Below, in pieces: positions 24,178 through 38,100 of a DNA stretch of 64,000 nt. The notes beneath the pieces were generated by a model. It had not been told where the DNA came from, made no database searches, and worked only from the letters and a program-made list of their open reading frames with translations. Positions within the stretch are counted from its first letter, which is position 1. Each line of letters starts with the position of its first letter. The position numbers and the translations under genes are program-made. Source of the stretch: Raillietiella orientalis (lineage: Eukaryota); NCBI GenBank assembly GCA_036172245.1, contig JAYWIR010000010.1, positions 2,046,001 to 2,110,000 on the forward strand, read 5' to 3'.

Positions 24178-25944
24178 CCCATCTTGCCGAACGGCGGCTG
24201 GTGATGGCGTCCAGCGCTTGGAGTTTGGCTGCTGCTCATCAGCAGCACGGAAAATGATGTTCGTTCTCCTAGCAACTGATGAATGGTGTTTCTCACTCAC
24301 AGAGAGATGCAGACCGAAGAGAAGATACATGGAATGCAACATACATAAAGGAATGTTGTTTCTCATTGCACGCAACACAGTGACACCGTCGAGGCATAAA
24401 GTACTACGCGGTCACCTGGCGAGAACTGCGCGGACGCTCATGTGCTCAGATAGAAGCAAGCGTGCCGCTCCGAGCTTGGTCTGCGGAGACGGAAGGCTTC
24501 GGGCCGAGCCAGGGGTCACATTCGTGAGAAACGGTAAAAAAAAAAAAAAAAAAACACTTCCTCCTTTTGCGAGGTTGCACACGTTCTGACCCGTGTGACA
24601 CCTCTTTCGTGTGCCTTGGTATGTGAAGCGCTCTCAACAAGACTGTTCTCGCTCATTTTCCGACAAGCGCGAACGGTGTTCTTCGATACGCGGTGTTGCG
24701 CCATGCATTTCACTGAACAACACGTTACAGCACATGCCTCAGGCTGCTGTGCTCACTGAAGAGAGTGGACTGACCAGCACTGAGCGCTGGCTCAAAAAGC
24801 CGATTTTATGTTTTTATTTTTTTTCGTTTGCAGAATTTTCATCCGCAAAGAAGAGCGGGGGCAACTCGGCCACTCTTGAAGACCACTTTCCCAAGGCACG
24901 ATTTCGCGATCCCAGGGAGGGTGTTCGCTCGCTGAACATCCTGTTGTTTCTATACTCAAAGCCGTCCAGAGTGAACAACGAACAACTCCTCCATGCAGCC
25001 GCGAGACACCCTTCAAACGAGGCAGGACGTGCATCTGGAATCCGGGACAAAGAAAACAGAGATCCAAGAGGAGCCACTCGTTTCTTCAAAATGGACGCAG
25101 ATGTCGATGGAGACTTTGGTGCCCGGATCAAATCTGCAGGTCTCATCGCGTAACGAACTTACCAGAAGTGGCCCTTCCGCGATCTCCAGCTCACGACCTC
25201 CTCGAAAGCAGAAAGAACACAAGCAAAGAGAAACAATGGGGGTGCAGAGAGGAAGCTGAAAGATAAGACCGCGAAACGGATCCCAAGAACAACCGCAGTG
25301 ATGTGGTTCCATTTTTTCCGCAACTTCATGGACGGCCTCGCGAGCTCAAGAGCCTGAGATGAGGAGGCAGACTGATCTCTCATGGAATCACCGGAATTGT
25401 CATCACAGGAAGCTGAGCGACAGGAATGGACCTTCTTTCCACCTACAGGACCATTCTTCCTACACTGTGCAGCACCTCCTATCCAGCGGCGTCACACGGT
25501 CGTATGAGGAATGGTGCCGCCAAAGGGTCAGCAATCTCTTCCAGAGAGGCGGGAACCTCTCGTCCTTTCCCTCAGGACCTGCGCCACAAGGTTGCGCGAT
25601 TTCCTAGGAAGTCGGCGGCGAGGCCCTCCTTAAGAGAAGAGAAAGTTCAAAGCCAAGCCAAGACCTGGCCTTTGCGGTCGACGAGGCTACCGGAAGCTCG
25701 AGTTCCTCCTGGGCAATCATGGGGTTGCCAGCAAGTTAAGTGCCAAAGCGAGTTGAATGCGGCCACCAACTCTTTTCAAAGGTCAGTAGCGACCTCATGG
25801 GATGGGATAGGGGGTCGTCAATGCTGGCCTAGGATCGTGGGGAATCCTCTGGAGTTCTTCTATTTCGCTGTCTTCCCTCCAAGTGTCCTTTTTTTTTTTT
25901 TGGTTCTCAAGGAGTGCTGAGGAACCGCCGCCTCCTTAGGGGAG

Positions 25945-26585
25945 GTCCACGAAGCTCTTTGGCGCTGTCCGCGCCACCAGGGGTGTGTGTTCTCTTCAAG
26001 TTGTTGAGGGCAGCCCCAGAGAAATCACTCTATTAATCCCGGAAGGCGACAGAGGAAGGAGTCCGTTCCTCTCTTACTCTTAGTTGGGAACTCTCGCCCT
26101 GGTTGTCTCCGAAGGGACCCCCCGGAAAGGATACGCTCCTGGAATTCCTTCTCCGGAGGGAACCCGCAAGGGAGCCGCTCTTTGGCGATGCTCCTCTGAA
26201 GAGAACCCGAAGGGACGCTTTCAGACATCTCTGGAGGGCGTTCCCCGAAGGGAGCAGAGCGCTTCTCGACGTTCTGGAGAGGCAACCCCCCGAGGGGAGT
26301 ATCGACCAGCTCCATGGCAAATGCTCCAGCTTCCCAACCGAAGAGGAATGGTTCCTTGATTCCTGGAAGGACCCGGAGGGTCCACTTCCAATCCTGGTCT
26401 GCCAACGGGGGCATCTGGTTGCCGCCAATGCCGCCTCCGAAGCCAACCGAGGCCAACCAGCATCATCCTGAGGGAAAACTCGGAACCCACGACGCGCCTA
26501 CCGTTCTCGGCGTCGATCCTTCCTTTCCCGGGTGGGATTCGAACCCGCAACGATTGGCACCACGCGTGGCCACCATGGCCACCAA
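25945..26585 (-). repeat. ~600 bp interspersed repeat with tRNA-like head (copy 1)
   Basis: Minus strand begins GGTGGCCATGGTGGCCACGCG...GCGGGTTCGAATCCCACCCGGG (B-box/T-arm-like). Body is collinear with 51130-51730. Confidence 0.75.
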
Positions 26586-27949
26586 TTTTTTTTTTTTTCT
26601 CTAACTTTTCGGGTAGACTGGGTGTGACCTAGCCGCAAGTCTTTTTCATCTCCGTTCCTGAAGGTTTGAAAGCGTTCGCGACCACCTCGCCCGAAAGAGG
26701 TCTCGTTCTTGAAGGACCGCCTTTGTATCAGCTCTGGTCCGAAGGTCGGACTCTCACGTCCTCGAAGAAGGCCCGAAGGAGCCCATCGAATGAGCCTCCA
26801 CCGACCACACAGGGTCCCTACGTACGGAGTACGTCACGGGGGGTTGCTGATCGCGTTTCCATGGCAGAGAGCTGACCGACCACCGCGAGACCGACAGCAG
26901 CCTTGGCCGAACACGGTCCTCCGCAAGGCCTGCATGTCCTCGCGATTCTTTCGCGATTCGCTTCTGCAAGCCTCCAAGGTGCCAACGCGGACCGCCTGCG
27001 CGAAATTCGCGAGGAGGCTGCTGGAAAGGAAAGCAGAAATTTGAAGAAAAAAAAAAGCGCAGTACGCTGGAAGACCGCATGCTGCTGCCCTATGAAGCGG
27101 TTCCATTAGATGATTCATCCCGGCATTTGTCCCTTGATTTGGCAGGAAGTTCGGAGCGATGGTACTTTTAATAGCACGTCCCGGAGGTCGAAGCCAGAGG
27201 AGAAATGCAGTTCTCTTCCCTCGAATGATTCCTGGACCGAGACCGCGGCCAATCAGGCACACACAGAGATTAGGGAGAGAGAAATGGCACCCGTGGTTAA
27301 ACGGCCGAAGACAAATCTGTAATTAACCGACCGAGTTCCATCCACACCCGGATGAAACGGAGGCTGCTTTTTTGTGTTCGTCAGCCGGTGACTTCGCCCG
27401 CGACTGCACGCGGGCAGGCTGCAGCTCGTGTACCGTACGTACACAGAGTTAGCGCGTTCGTGTTACGACACGCGATGAGCGAGATGTGCACGGAGAATGC
27501 AACCGGCTGGCATTCCGTTGTGCCGCATCCGCGTGCGAGCACGCGTAGGCGGAGGATGCGAACGATCACTTGAACGTGATGCGGTCATCTAGGATCAGGA
27601 ACCGTGGTGACAGAAGTCATCATCGAATCCTTTCTGCCGTGAAGGGAAATGGACGGGGAAGCTGGATTCGGAAGAAAGTGAAATGATGCCAGAAAGATAA
27701 GGGGGGTCAAAATTTCTTCCTCGGAGTGTGGAAGTTCCGCGTCGATCGCGCTCCGACCAGAGTTCTGACGGCTTTCCCGAGCGCTGGGAGGCACCGCTAC
27801 CATCGTTCTTAGAGAGGAGTGGCGGTTCGACTGTGGACTTGGATGTTCGGATATGGATTTTAGGAGATGCCGCCACGCAGCACACCAGGTGTGATCTGCG
27901 ATCGAATTCTCGAGTCCCTCTCCGTCCCTTTATAGCCGCTCTTGCGCTC

Positions 27950-29290
27950 ACGTCCCACGGGTCGTCGTTGCAGGAAAGCTCTTGTCCTTCTCTTGTTTGG
28001 CATGAGTAATCGGCCCATCGTAGGATTCGGGAAACACAGGAAGAGGCAATCGTAAAGCAAAAGAAGAACCCATGCAAGCAAAAGCTTGGCGGAGCTGAAA
28101 GGCAGCGTGCAAGAGGACATCTGTTTGCCCCATGCTCGTGGTGCGCGTGAGCTGGCCTTTGGGGGCCACCAGAAACTGCATCCGAAGACATGGAATGGCA
28201 TCCAGCGCGCTGCGATAAAAGGCGGGCGTTCCCCTCTGCATGCCTGCACGCATGCGCAGAGAGCAGCGTGCACCAAGGTACCGCACGCACGAGGCGTTTA
28301 TGTACACAGTGAGTAATTCGAACACGCTTACATTCGCGATTAGAACACAGATTAGGAACGAAATTCAGCCACCACCACCCTTGATGATCCGTGCTGAGTA
28401 GCATTATTCCCCGCAGCGATGCCATCACCACCCACGCACCACGGACAAATAAGAGCAGTTGAGGAAAGCAAGCTTGTTCGGGGGGGGGGGGGGGGCACAA
28501 AAAAAAAAAGAATATCGCGACTCGCTCTCTCGAAAGCGAGACAAAATGGGCCTACCGATCCTGGAATGGGAAAGTTCGAACCAGGAGACGTGTAGACAAT
28601 GGATGAGTAATAAAATTCGAAGCGAAGAGCAGGAAATCGTCGAAACAGTCAACCAGAGCGGCCGTTATCTCCTGGTGCGCCGAGCAGCTGAAGCCCGGCG
28701 GATGGCGAGGAAGATACGGAGGATGCGGCGACGGGACACGGGGGTTACGAACTCGAGCAGGATCCCAGCATCACCTTCGAGAATCTGTGGAAGCCAAGCC
28801 CGAAACGGCACCTCGGAACTCGAAGCGAGGTGGGAAAGCATCATTTTGGGCAAAACAGTCGATCATTTAGAGGGAACCGCCTGAGGTGACTCTTTAGAAC
28901 GCATTCTTCTGAGATGCGTTCTGAAGAGTTCTTCAAAGAGTTGGCCCATTGAATTGGATGGACGCAGCTGAACACTTCACTTCTTCACAGTCCGATGAAG
29001 AGGGTAGCAAGCAGTTTACGACGGCGAAAGTGTTCATCAAATCTGATTCCGTTCGAGGATGGCACGTCATGCACACAAGTTCGTGTTATGGTTTGGGGGG
29101 GGGGGGTGTTTCAAAGTGTCAACAAATCCTTAGAACGCATTCTGGAAGAACACGTTCTAAATTTAGAAATTCCACTCTTCAAGATGCCTAAAGAGATGAA
29201 AGATACGACAGCCGTCAAACCCCCGAGTGACGATCTCAATGAGCTGCTCTGGTAGAACTTGAGCTCCAGTCGCAACTCTTCGCCCAAGAA
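27950..29290 (+). mobile_element. Probable N-terminal part of the same RLE element (zinc-finger remnant to start of RT), decayed
   Basis: Frameshifted CSWCAR...GHQKLH zinc-finger-like reading near 28130-28185, protein-like ORF 28459-28884, and LNELLW*NLSSSRNSSP near 29235-29285 resembling the pre-RT N(T/S)APG motif. Same strand as the RLE C-terminus. Confidence 0.4.
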
Positions 29291-30479
29291 GTTCATCAGT
29301 CGGAGATTGGGTCCGGCAACGTCCCTAAAAGTTTGCTGTTCCCAATATTGCTTTGTACGGGGTCTCCCCAGCCAAGAAGGCGTGAGCACAGTTCAAGCAG
29401 GTGCACCGAAATCTTATCCACATACACGAACTGCTCTGACAAAGAGGCAGGAGCTGGTGTACCGCCATTGCCATCTATAGCACCCACTTGCTACGTTCGT
29501 AGGTAGGCATCCAAAGCACGGTGAATTGCGGTGTGAGCCGAAGACAAGCATACGAACCATCCTGAGTGTCGAGAGAATGGGTCCAGCTTCCGTATCTATT
29601 GCTAACGAAGAGCGGAGAGCACCATCATGTGCTTGCAACGAGGAAGTTGGATTGAATCGGGACCTCAGTCTGGAAAGTGGGCAGCGGTTGTCCGATTCTG
29701 CGACTTAAACTGTGGAATCCGGAAACGGACTTTTTATCCAGAGTCTACAGGATGCCCTCCTGAGCTTCTCTGGTCGATTTTAGCCGTCTCGCTCGCTAGC
29801 TGTCACGCTCTGCGTGCTTCCACATTTCGAGTCGCCAGAGTCTAGTCTCGCACGTGCCTCCGCAGTGCTGTAGGTGTGAGCAAGGTGGAGTATTCCCTCC
29901 ACGAGAACGCAAGAAGAGACCTTGTCGCATATGTGCCAGTAATGAATCCCAGCTGAGAGGACAAGGGCACCGTCCCAGGCACCATCTCGAGCTCGTTACG
30001 CGCCGTTCATCTGTGAATCAAGATCGCCTGTAATTACCCCAAGCGAAGCGTATAATGAAGTGGCTCTATGATGAAGATGGTCAAGGTTTCCTGATGATCA
30101 GAAAAACAACGACGACAAACAAACAACCAAACGACGAACGGATTCCAGTTGGCTTGGAATCATAAAATCCACTCTCAGGTACGGCATCTCCGGCCATTAC
30201 TGTGCATTTTTCCTCCTCCGTTCACTGGAGCCAGCCTTCATCAAACGAACAGCTTACCGACTCTGGTGACCTCATCAAGCAGTGGAACTCCCCCCCCCCC
30301 TTCTCCCCCAAAACTATTCTTCAGTTTCCTAACACGATATTTGCCAAACACCGCCGATTCCATTTTTGTTGCTCTCATAGTGGAATATGGCCGCAGTGGC
30401 GTCAGTTTCTGCCGGAGTATTCGAACCCGCGACGCGTGGTACCTCACGCGTAAGTCTTAACCACAAAGCCTCCGACTCA

Positions 30480-31412
30480 GGCAATGGGATAGTGAGAGCC
30501 TCTGGTCGAAAGGAAGGAAGGCCTCTAGAAGAATAAAAGCCCGCTGGGAGTTTCGACAAGGAGAACCCAGTATCACGGTTGACGGAATAATGTTCGCCAG
30601 CAGTGCAAGAAGACGGCTCGCCTCCGGCGTAAGAGCATTGCAGCAAGAACACGCATGGCAATCCCTCATTGAAAACCACATTAGTCAAGGGAAGGCCACG
30701 CAGTGTGTGGGCATGCATCACTCTTCAAGCTTCTTCCATACAAACGGAAACCACTTAAGACACCAAGCCTACAGGTTCATCCATGCGGCAAGACTGAACC
30801 TTCTTTTACTACACTCTGGACCAGCGAAGAAGGTTCATGAATGGATACGTTGGCGTTGCGGAACCGAGGGCGAGACACTATCACACGTGCTCAGCAGATG
30901 TAAAAAGCACGCGCCTCTGACGATGCAGCGCCATGATGCTATCCTGGAAATCATCAAGAGGGCCGCAACGGATGACGCCAAGTGAACTCTTATATCGAGT
31001 AATCGCAGAGTGCCAGGAACCACCTCCACCTTAAAACCAGACCTGGTTTTAGAAAAAAGCGATCGAATAGGTGTGCTGGACATCTCCTGCCCATTTGAAA
31101 ACGGAAAGGAGACGTTCTCCACATCTAGTAAAATAAAAGAAGGCAGATACCAGGATGGGTCGCCATGCAACTCGGAAACACTGGGAAAATGCAGGCAAAG
31201 TGCAGGCGATCCTTGTAGGCTCACTTGGAGCACGGGATCCTGAACACGACAGCGTACTCCAATACCTGGGAATTCCGAAGAAGAAGATGATGAGGCTACG
31301 ACAGCGGATGGTAGCCACCTGCATCCGCTTTTCAAGTAGCATTTATGCATCCCATGTAAGAAGAAGAAATGCAGCCCGACCGGATGATCTGGACCATGCT
31401 CTCACCCCGTAA
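30480..31412 (+). mobile_element. RLE-type non-LTR retrotransposon C-terminus (NeSL/Utopia-like), disrupted
   Basis: Motifs in order: YRFIHAARLN, RCGTEGETLSHVLSRC (zinc knuckle), RHDAI, KPDLVL, VLDISCPFENG, KIKEGRY, ILVGSLGARDP, SSSIYASH. One in-frame stop (30983-30985) and one frameshift near 31155. Confidence 0.9.
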
Positions 31413-32043
31413 GGGAGCGCCGAGGAACCGTGAAGAACACGGAGGAAACATCATCCGCGAAGGATTCTCCAGAGCCATTCCAGCAACGGTTTTTGTATTA
31501 ACCCAAATGCTAAATGTTGCCCTCATAATGGAATAGGTGCCTTCGTTCTCCAGTGGGCGCAGCTGCGTGCTGTCCGATTCAGGCTCTGAAGAAGGAACTT
31601 GCTCTTGACAAAGAGTGGGGCTGCTCCAAGCAGAGCACGCATCACAGGGGACCCAAACTGCCCAAGGTGGGGAACCATTTCTTCCTTTGCAACCAACAGC
31701 AGCGTTCTTACCTAACATCCGCGCACTATTCGATTAGCGCTTGAAAATCCTTCCTCGGAATCATCATCAGCGAACACCAAAACATAAACAAATGGGATTC
31801 CCCTCCCCTCCCCCTCCAAATCGCAACACGAACTCGTAGGTGCAAGAGATGCTGCCGCCGCCTTCTTCGAACGGAATCCGACCCCACACGCGAACACTTT
31901 CACTGTCGTAAACCGACTGCTACTCTGTTCACCGACGTCCTGGGAAGCGTTAAGCTGTGTCCATCAAATTGAATGCCTGAACTCAAAATTCCACGTACTC
32001 TTACGAGGTCACGCGCGTGCAGATGCTTTTTTATGTTTGTGTA

Positions 32044-32110
32044 CGCACACACACACACACACACACGGGTACTTATTTGTTGTACTTACGCACGCACGCA
32101 CGCACGCACT
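32044..32110. repeat. (CA)n and (CGCA)n microsatellites
   Basis: Directly visible. Confidence 0.9.
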
Positions 32111-32199
32111 TATCCGCACATCCACGCACGCAGCACTCGTGCATACGTGGTAACAAAAAACCATACGAATACATCAGCAGCTAACATACATGAATGAAC

Positions 32200-35100
32200 G
32201 TATGCATAGATGCACATTGTACGCATTTGCAAAGTTTTGTGATAGTCACGTACCTACACATACAGTCGTGTAGCATTGTAATCAGACAAATTTACACGGC
32301 CTGGCGGGAAACGAAAGCTGAATTCGTAGATATTCGCAAAACGATCGCCTGCCGCGTTCCATTTCGCAAAACGCTAAACCTTCTACGAAAACGCCATGCA
32401 TTATTCGCTCGTCAGTGACCTGATAGAATGCTCTATTCCGATTGGGATCTGTTGACCGAACTCCGAATGACACGGAGACAATAAAGAGGAATCCTCCTTT
32501 CTCACCCCACGCATCTTTGGAATCCGCAGCTTCCGTATCGGAGAAGAATTTTCTCGTCCCTTCCCGTCGCTCCTCGTGGAGATCTCCAAAGCACAAAGCA
32601 AAATTGCGTCTCGCGGCTCTCAAAAAGGAACAAAAAGTTACTTCTGAATGCGATGCAGCCCGGTAATTACGTTCGACCTATTTCGTTCCTGTTTCTGGAT
32701 GCGGCGACCCGAGTGGATGCAAAAGGAACCAACCGAGAACTCGGATGCAGTCCTGCCAGAAGCCATTACTTCGCGAAACTACCAATCTCGCAGAAGTGGA
32801 ACCTTCCCGTGGTGGCCTTCCATTCCTTTGTGTTCTTTGTATAATGAACACACTTTGCATTCGACACCCCTCCACGATGTTCCCGACAGCCCGGCTAATA
32901 GCATCACCAGCGGAGGAAAATCTCAAAGTGCACCGTGCTTAGTCTTGATGCAAGATCATGACTTTTTGGAATGAAAAAGTCCGTGGCGACTCAAGGCCAA
33001 GTTGACATAAATTGGGGAAGCGTCAGCAAAACTCTCCCTTAAATTACCCTGCTGAATCAGAGTGAACGAAGGTCTGTTATGAGAGCTACCTTGGCTTACG
33101 GACACTTGGTATGAGCGTGTGCGTACCTATTTGCTCCGACGGGAAATGGGGAGAACCTTTCCTCCTCGCGAGACTCGGCCATAGGTTGCAGACAAGGCGT
33201 AAAGCCGTCAGTCGCGGCTACTCTATTAAAAAAAAAAAAAAGATTTCATTAGTTAATAATTCCGTCGAAAGCGATGGACTCGCTTCCCAGGTGATTAATT
33301 CGACAAGAACGGTGCAAAGCTGACGTAAACAGATAATTAAGTACCTTTTCAGGCTGAGATGAGGATTTTTCCGGGTGAGTCGGAGGTTTTTTAGACTCAA
33401 AAGGCATAGAGTCAGATTTTCCGGACCGATCAGGTCTTCACTTCATCTTCAGAAACGTACACGACTTTCCTTTCGACCTCGGTAAGGAATCGAAATCCCT
33501 CGCGTCGGAGACCCGTAGGGACCGCTCCCATCAGGCAGTGTACTGTATTGCTTTGGCTTGCGTACGAAGAAGCCACACCGGATTTGTTCTTTGCCGTGGA
33601 AAACGGGACGGACCGACCCGGTCCAACTGCCGCTTCGGAGTAGCAAAAACCTGTCGTACCTCAGAAGAAGAGCAAAAGATCCAAACTGCGCACCAAGTGA
33701 AGAATCTGCTCGTTTGTGTAAAGTACTTTCGACGAGACTCACGCTGTCCAATAGCACTGTATTATTATTTACATACACCCATCAACTTGTAGCAGTCAGC
33801 TTGTAGCAGTTGACTTGTTTACCCCCCTCCCAACGCCAGCTATTCACATGGACACTTTGCACACTGCTGCTGCCCCTCTCAAGGTATTCAGATTACGGTT
33901 TGTGGGTTCGCGGAGAGTAAGTTTGCCCAAACTTCCCATAAACCAATGTTCCTCACTAGATCTGCAGGGCAAAACCGAAATGAGAGTTGGTGTCGAGAAC
34001 CCCACGCAGATGCCCCACCGTCCTCCTTGTTGGCATGGTGCGCGCGTACCAGGGCAACCCGCTCAGGGAATCGCAACTTTTGACTTCTGAACCGAAACTC
34101 GCAAGCTGAATCGCAATTATCGGGATGGAGCCGTTGGTGCTTTCTCGTTTCACAATTACAAGAAGGTTCACGACTATCATTCGAGAACATAATTACTTCT
34201 GGCGCGAGGTTGTCATCAGGTGTTCTCACTGATCAAATTCGTCACTTGGACACGCTCGTTGGAGACGCTGTGACTCCGAAATCAAGAGCTGACTGCGGAT
34301 CCTGCCGTTCCTCTGCGACGAAGTTTATCCTAAACCAGGTGACGTGCAAATACTTCAATGTACTCGGAGCTGCCCATTATCTCTTAATGCATTCAATTAG
34401 AACTGCGTCCCTACCGTTTCGGCAATGCAGCTTTCACCCAAGCAGTCTCTGATATCACAGTCATTTTACTTTCATCCGACTGCTTGGTGTTTGTTTTATG
34501 ACACATCTTCGGAGAAACCTTGCGATGCTGACTGATACACACCACCATAAAGAAACCTCTGTATGCAAACGCCTGCTTCACCTATGGATAGCCAAACTCC
34601 CGCATGCTAAAGACCGATTCCCAAAGACGTACAAAGTGGAAATTGGCGCTATGTACAGTGCGAAAGCAGCAGCCATCATTGATTTTTTTTTTTTTCCAAT
34701 TTATGAATCAGCAGCCTCCCAAACGAAGGGATGGATGGTTTGCCCCCGGTGTATTCGCATACGCACACGCGCAGAAGATTCTGGATTCACTTCTGGTGTG
34801 ACCATGCACAGATGGTCGCTGACGTTTCGGTTCCGAATGACTTTTGTTCCCGATAAGGACATCGTTACACGAGTCGCCACGGTATAAAGTTATGCAAGAC
34901 TGCTTGCTCACTACTTACAGATTGACAGTGCGAAAGGCAGTGCGGATAAACGTGCAGATTTCTTCACGCAAATAGGAATGAAACTTTAAAATTCAATAGA
35001 ACGGTGGCTCAACCTCGATGACCTGGCAATCACTTCCGAGTACAGAAGCGCCGCCTCGACATTCTTCCCATGAGGAGCCATACCGTTGCCTGAATGGAAA

Positions 35101-38100
35101 GTTCACGCTTTCCCTTTCCTTTGCATCTTCCAGCACCAGCGGGGCGACGTGTGAGATGCTTTCCACATCAGCGTTGAAAAACGTCCATCTCGATTTGACC
35201 CACCTTTTCTACTAACGTGGCTTCACAACGAACGATGACGCACTTGCGTTTTGTGCACAAATGCCTTACAGCAAGACAAACGCACAAATCCTGGAACACT
35301 TCATCCACATACCATATTTAACAGCTATCGATTTCCTCAACGTGAACACACACACAAAAAAAGGGAGGCACTATGGACATCGCAGTGCATCCGACTCTTG
35401 GTTTATCCATCCCTTAGGGAATCACGAGGCTGATCGTGGACACCATGAAATGATTCGCGGACAGAAGACGTAAGATTTATTGAGAAATCCATCAGAGAAA
35501 ATACTCCTGCAAACGACAAATAAATTGAAATTTGCATTGGGAATCGTTTCCAACGGAACCAAATTAGCCGTGTCCATCAGATCAATGCTTGACAAGAACT
35601 CTCCATTGCCCGCACACTCATAAAGTTGACGAAGTTCAGTTGGTACTGCATGGCAACGCACAATGATTCCTTTGTTCTTAAGTACTTTCAGAAACGGCTC
35701 TGAGAAGATTGTTTTTTTCCGAATCGAGAATCGTAGACAGATTCATTCCAGATGGCACACGTTTCCCCCGGTATGTCCGAAAATTCTGCAGGGAAGATCG
35801 TAAGCACCAGCAAGGCAAGACGTGTGCTTCCCTTGGAAGTATGCGTCCAGCCTCTCATCTGATGTGGTGCATCCGAGAACGTCGTCGCGGCGCAGACGGT
35901 GAAGCAGCATTGCGTCACCGAAACGGAAAATCTCGATTCCTTCTTCCACCTCGATTCCATCCCGTCTTCGCCCTTCGAATCCTTATCTGAAGGCTTCCAC
36001 GTTCCCGATTATTCCCAACGAAGAACGCCGACCAACAGTGAATCCTCGCACCTTGTCATCAGCATGCACACCTTAAGAAGCAAAAGCACTGCCATAAAGT
36101 GCATCTCTGTACCATACCACCCTTCCGCTTTAGGAGATCCAGCTGCCTGCGCTTTCTTCAATTATGTAGTCAGTACTCACCTCCGCATCCCTTTTTGAAT
36201 GCTGCAAGTTGTTTTCTACCTGATCTTACCATTGGCTCAATTAGAAGATGAGTTCTTCCTACAACCTTCCGATTCCTTATTCACTTGTTAACAAGTAAAA
36301 GAGCGACTTGTTTTCAATTTATTCTCAAGCACCGTGCATCTTCCGGTGCCGTGAGATTTGGAAATCACCTGAGATGTGGCTGACAAGATTTCGCATCAAA
36401 ATCTTCACCCATGAGGAAAACGAAAAGAAATCGCTACCGTATGGCATTATGAGCAGCGCGATTCCTCGAATGGGCGCTTTTCTCTCTCTCTTTTTTTTTT
36501 TACCGAAGCATTTGTGCTCCATAAGGAAAGCTCTCTTTTTCTCCTACAAAGCTCCATAAGCTCTTTCTATTTACGCTAAGTTAACTTGTGATAAGAATTC
36601 GTCAGTGCACACTCCGTGTTAGGGACTGGACCTGAAATTCAGAGTGCTCCGTAAAAACACCGTGTTCTGCAAAGCTATTTCCTATCGGACTCCCCTAAAG
36701 ACTTTACAAAACACGGGTGTCTGAAACTGGTGACCGGACCGCTTTGCAGAGGTGTTTTCGCATGCTGGGAGATTCAAAGATGCGCGGAAAATGGGCAAGA
36801 GCACCACCGTGCGAGTGGCGTCCTTTTCTCTGGCCTGCTCTGCCACGCTCGCGCTTAATTGTGATACGCCACGTGCTGCAACCTTGGAAGGAAGACAAGA
36901 ACCAGGTAAGGCTTAAGAAATATGCTTTACTTGAGTTGAGGAACCCCCAAGTGGTGGGCAAGGTTTTCAGCTGCTTCCCCCGAAAAATCCACAAACTGTC
37001 CATTGGTTTTGCACTCAGTCGGTGTTTCGTGAGTTCACAAAGGAAACAAAGTACTCGCTTTATGGTTTTGGCCTATTTAACGATCTTCCACTAAGAAGAT
37101 ACCACTACATTCGTAACTTCAACTACATCCACGGAATAAATGACCGACAAAAGGCCTTACCGTCCGCCTACTTCGAATCGTTTCCGTGCCAACATCACCG
37201 GCGGTGCAGAAAGGTTGGAGAAATTACTCCCGTAAAGACAAACGGAAACCTCCAAATTTACCGTGAATCATCAGCAGATTTTGAAACACACGTGTTGCGA
37301 GCAGCCATTCTTCTTCCTCTTCTTCTCTTCACAGGGATACCAACACGAAGAAAGTGTTCTGCAAAGCTGTCGGACGGTGGGAGTGCCGTACGTTTTTCCC
37401 CTTTACGAAAGCACAAGCGTGTCCAGAGCGTGTCGTTTATCCAGAGAAGATTTGCACGGCACATCCCAGGCGAGCCCCTGTCCACCCGAACACAACTGGT
37501 GGCGTTTGCATTTCCGATTCTCCACCATCCAATATTTGCGTTACCGGCATCCGCGTTCTGTGAGCGAATCCCGTTTCCAACGTGACGCTCACCCCCATCT
37601 CGGCCGAACGGGTCCGTCTCCGGGTTCCGCTTCTTCACTCTTCCCACAGAATCCCGGAACCGCGTCTCCCTCGAAAGGACATTACGATGGGACCAGCCAG
37701 CCGGAGGAAAACGGGAGAATTCCCGAGCGCCGATTCACACATGCAGAGAAAATTCTATTAAGGAAATGAGAGGAGTCCGGATGGCCGACGGATCAGATCG
37801 ATAACCGCAAATCCGCCCCGAATTAGGAGAGAGAGGGGGAAAAAAGGAGACTTTTTTTTTTTTAAAAAAAAAGAACCAAAAAAAAAAAAACAAAAAAGTG
37901 AAATCACCGAACACAAAGTCGCGAAGCTTTCTTCTCTGCTGCATCCCAAATGTGCGAGCCAACTTTACGAAATAACACACACCTGCTCGTAAGTGATTAA
38001 TATTGATTACTGCCCCATTTTTTTTTTTTTTTTCTTTTCCTACCAGGAATATTTGTTAAGTAAACACGTTCTCCCTCTCAGTGTGGTCCTACCGAAAAAA

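Noticed and set aside
26520..26585. Functional tRNA gene (also 52485-52545)
   Set aside because: T-arm motif only. No convincing acceptor or anticodon stems, short A-B spacing, and embedded in a longer repeat.
34993..34995. In-frame TGA as selenocysteine
   Set aside because: No SECIS identified, and neighbouring segments carry other stops and frameshifts; decay or assembly error is simpler.
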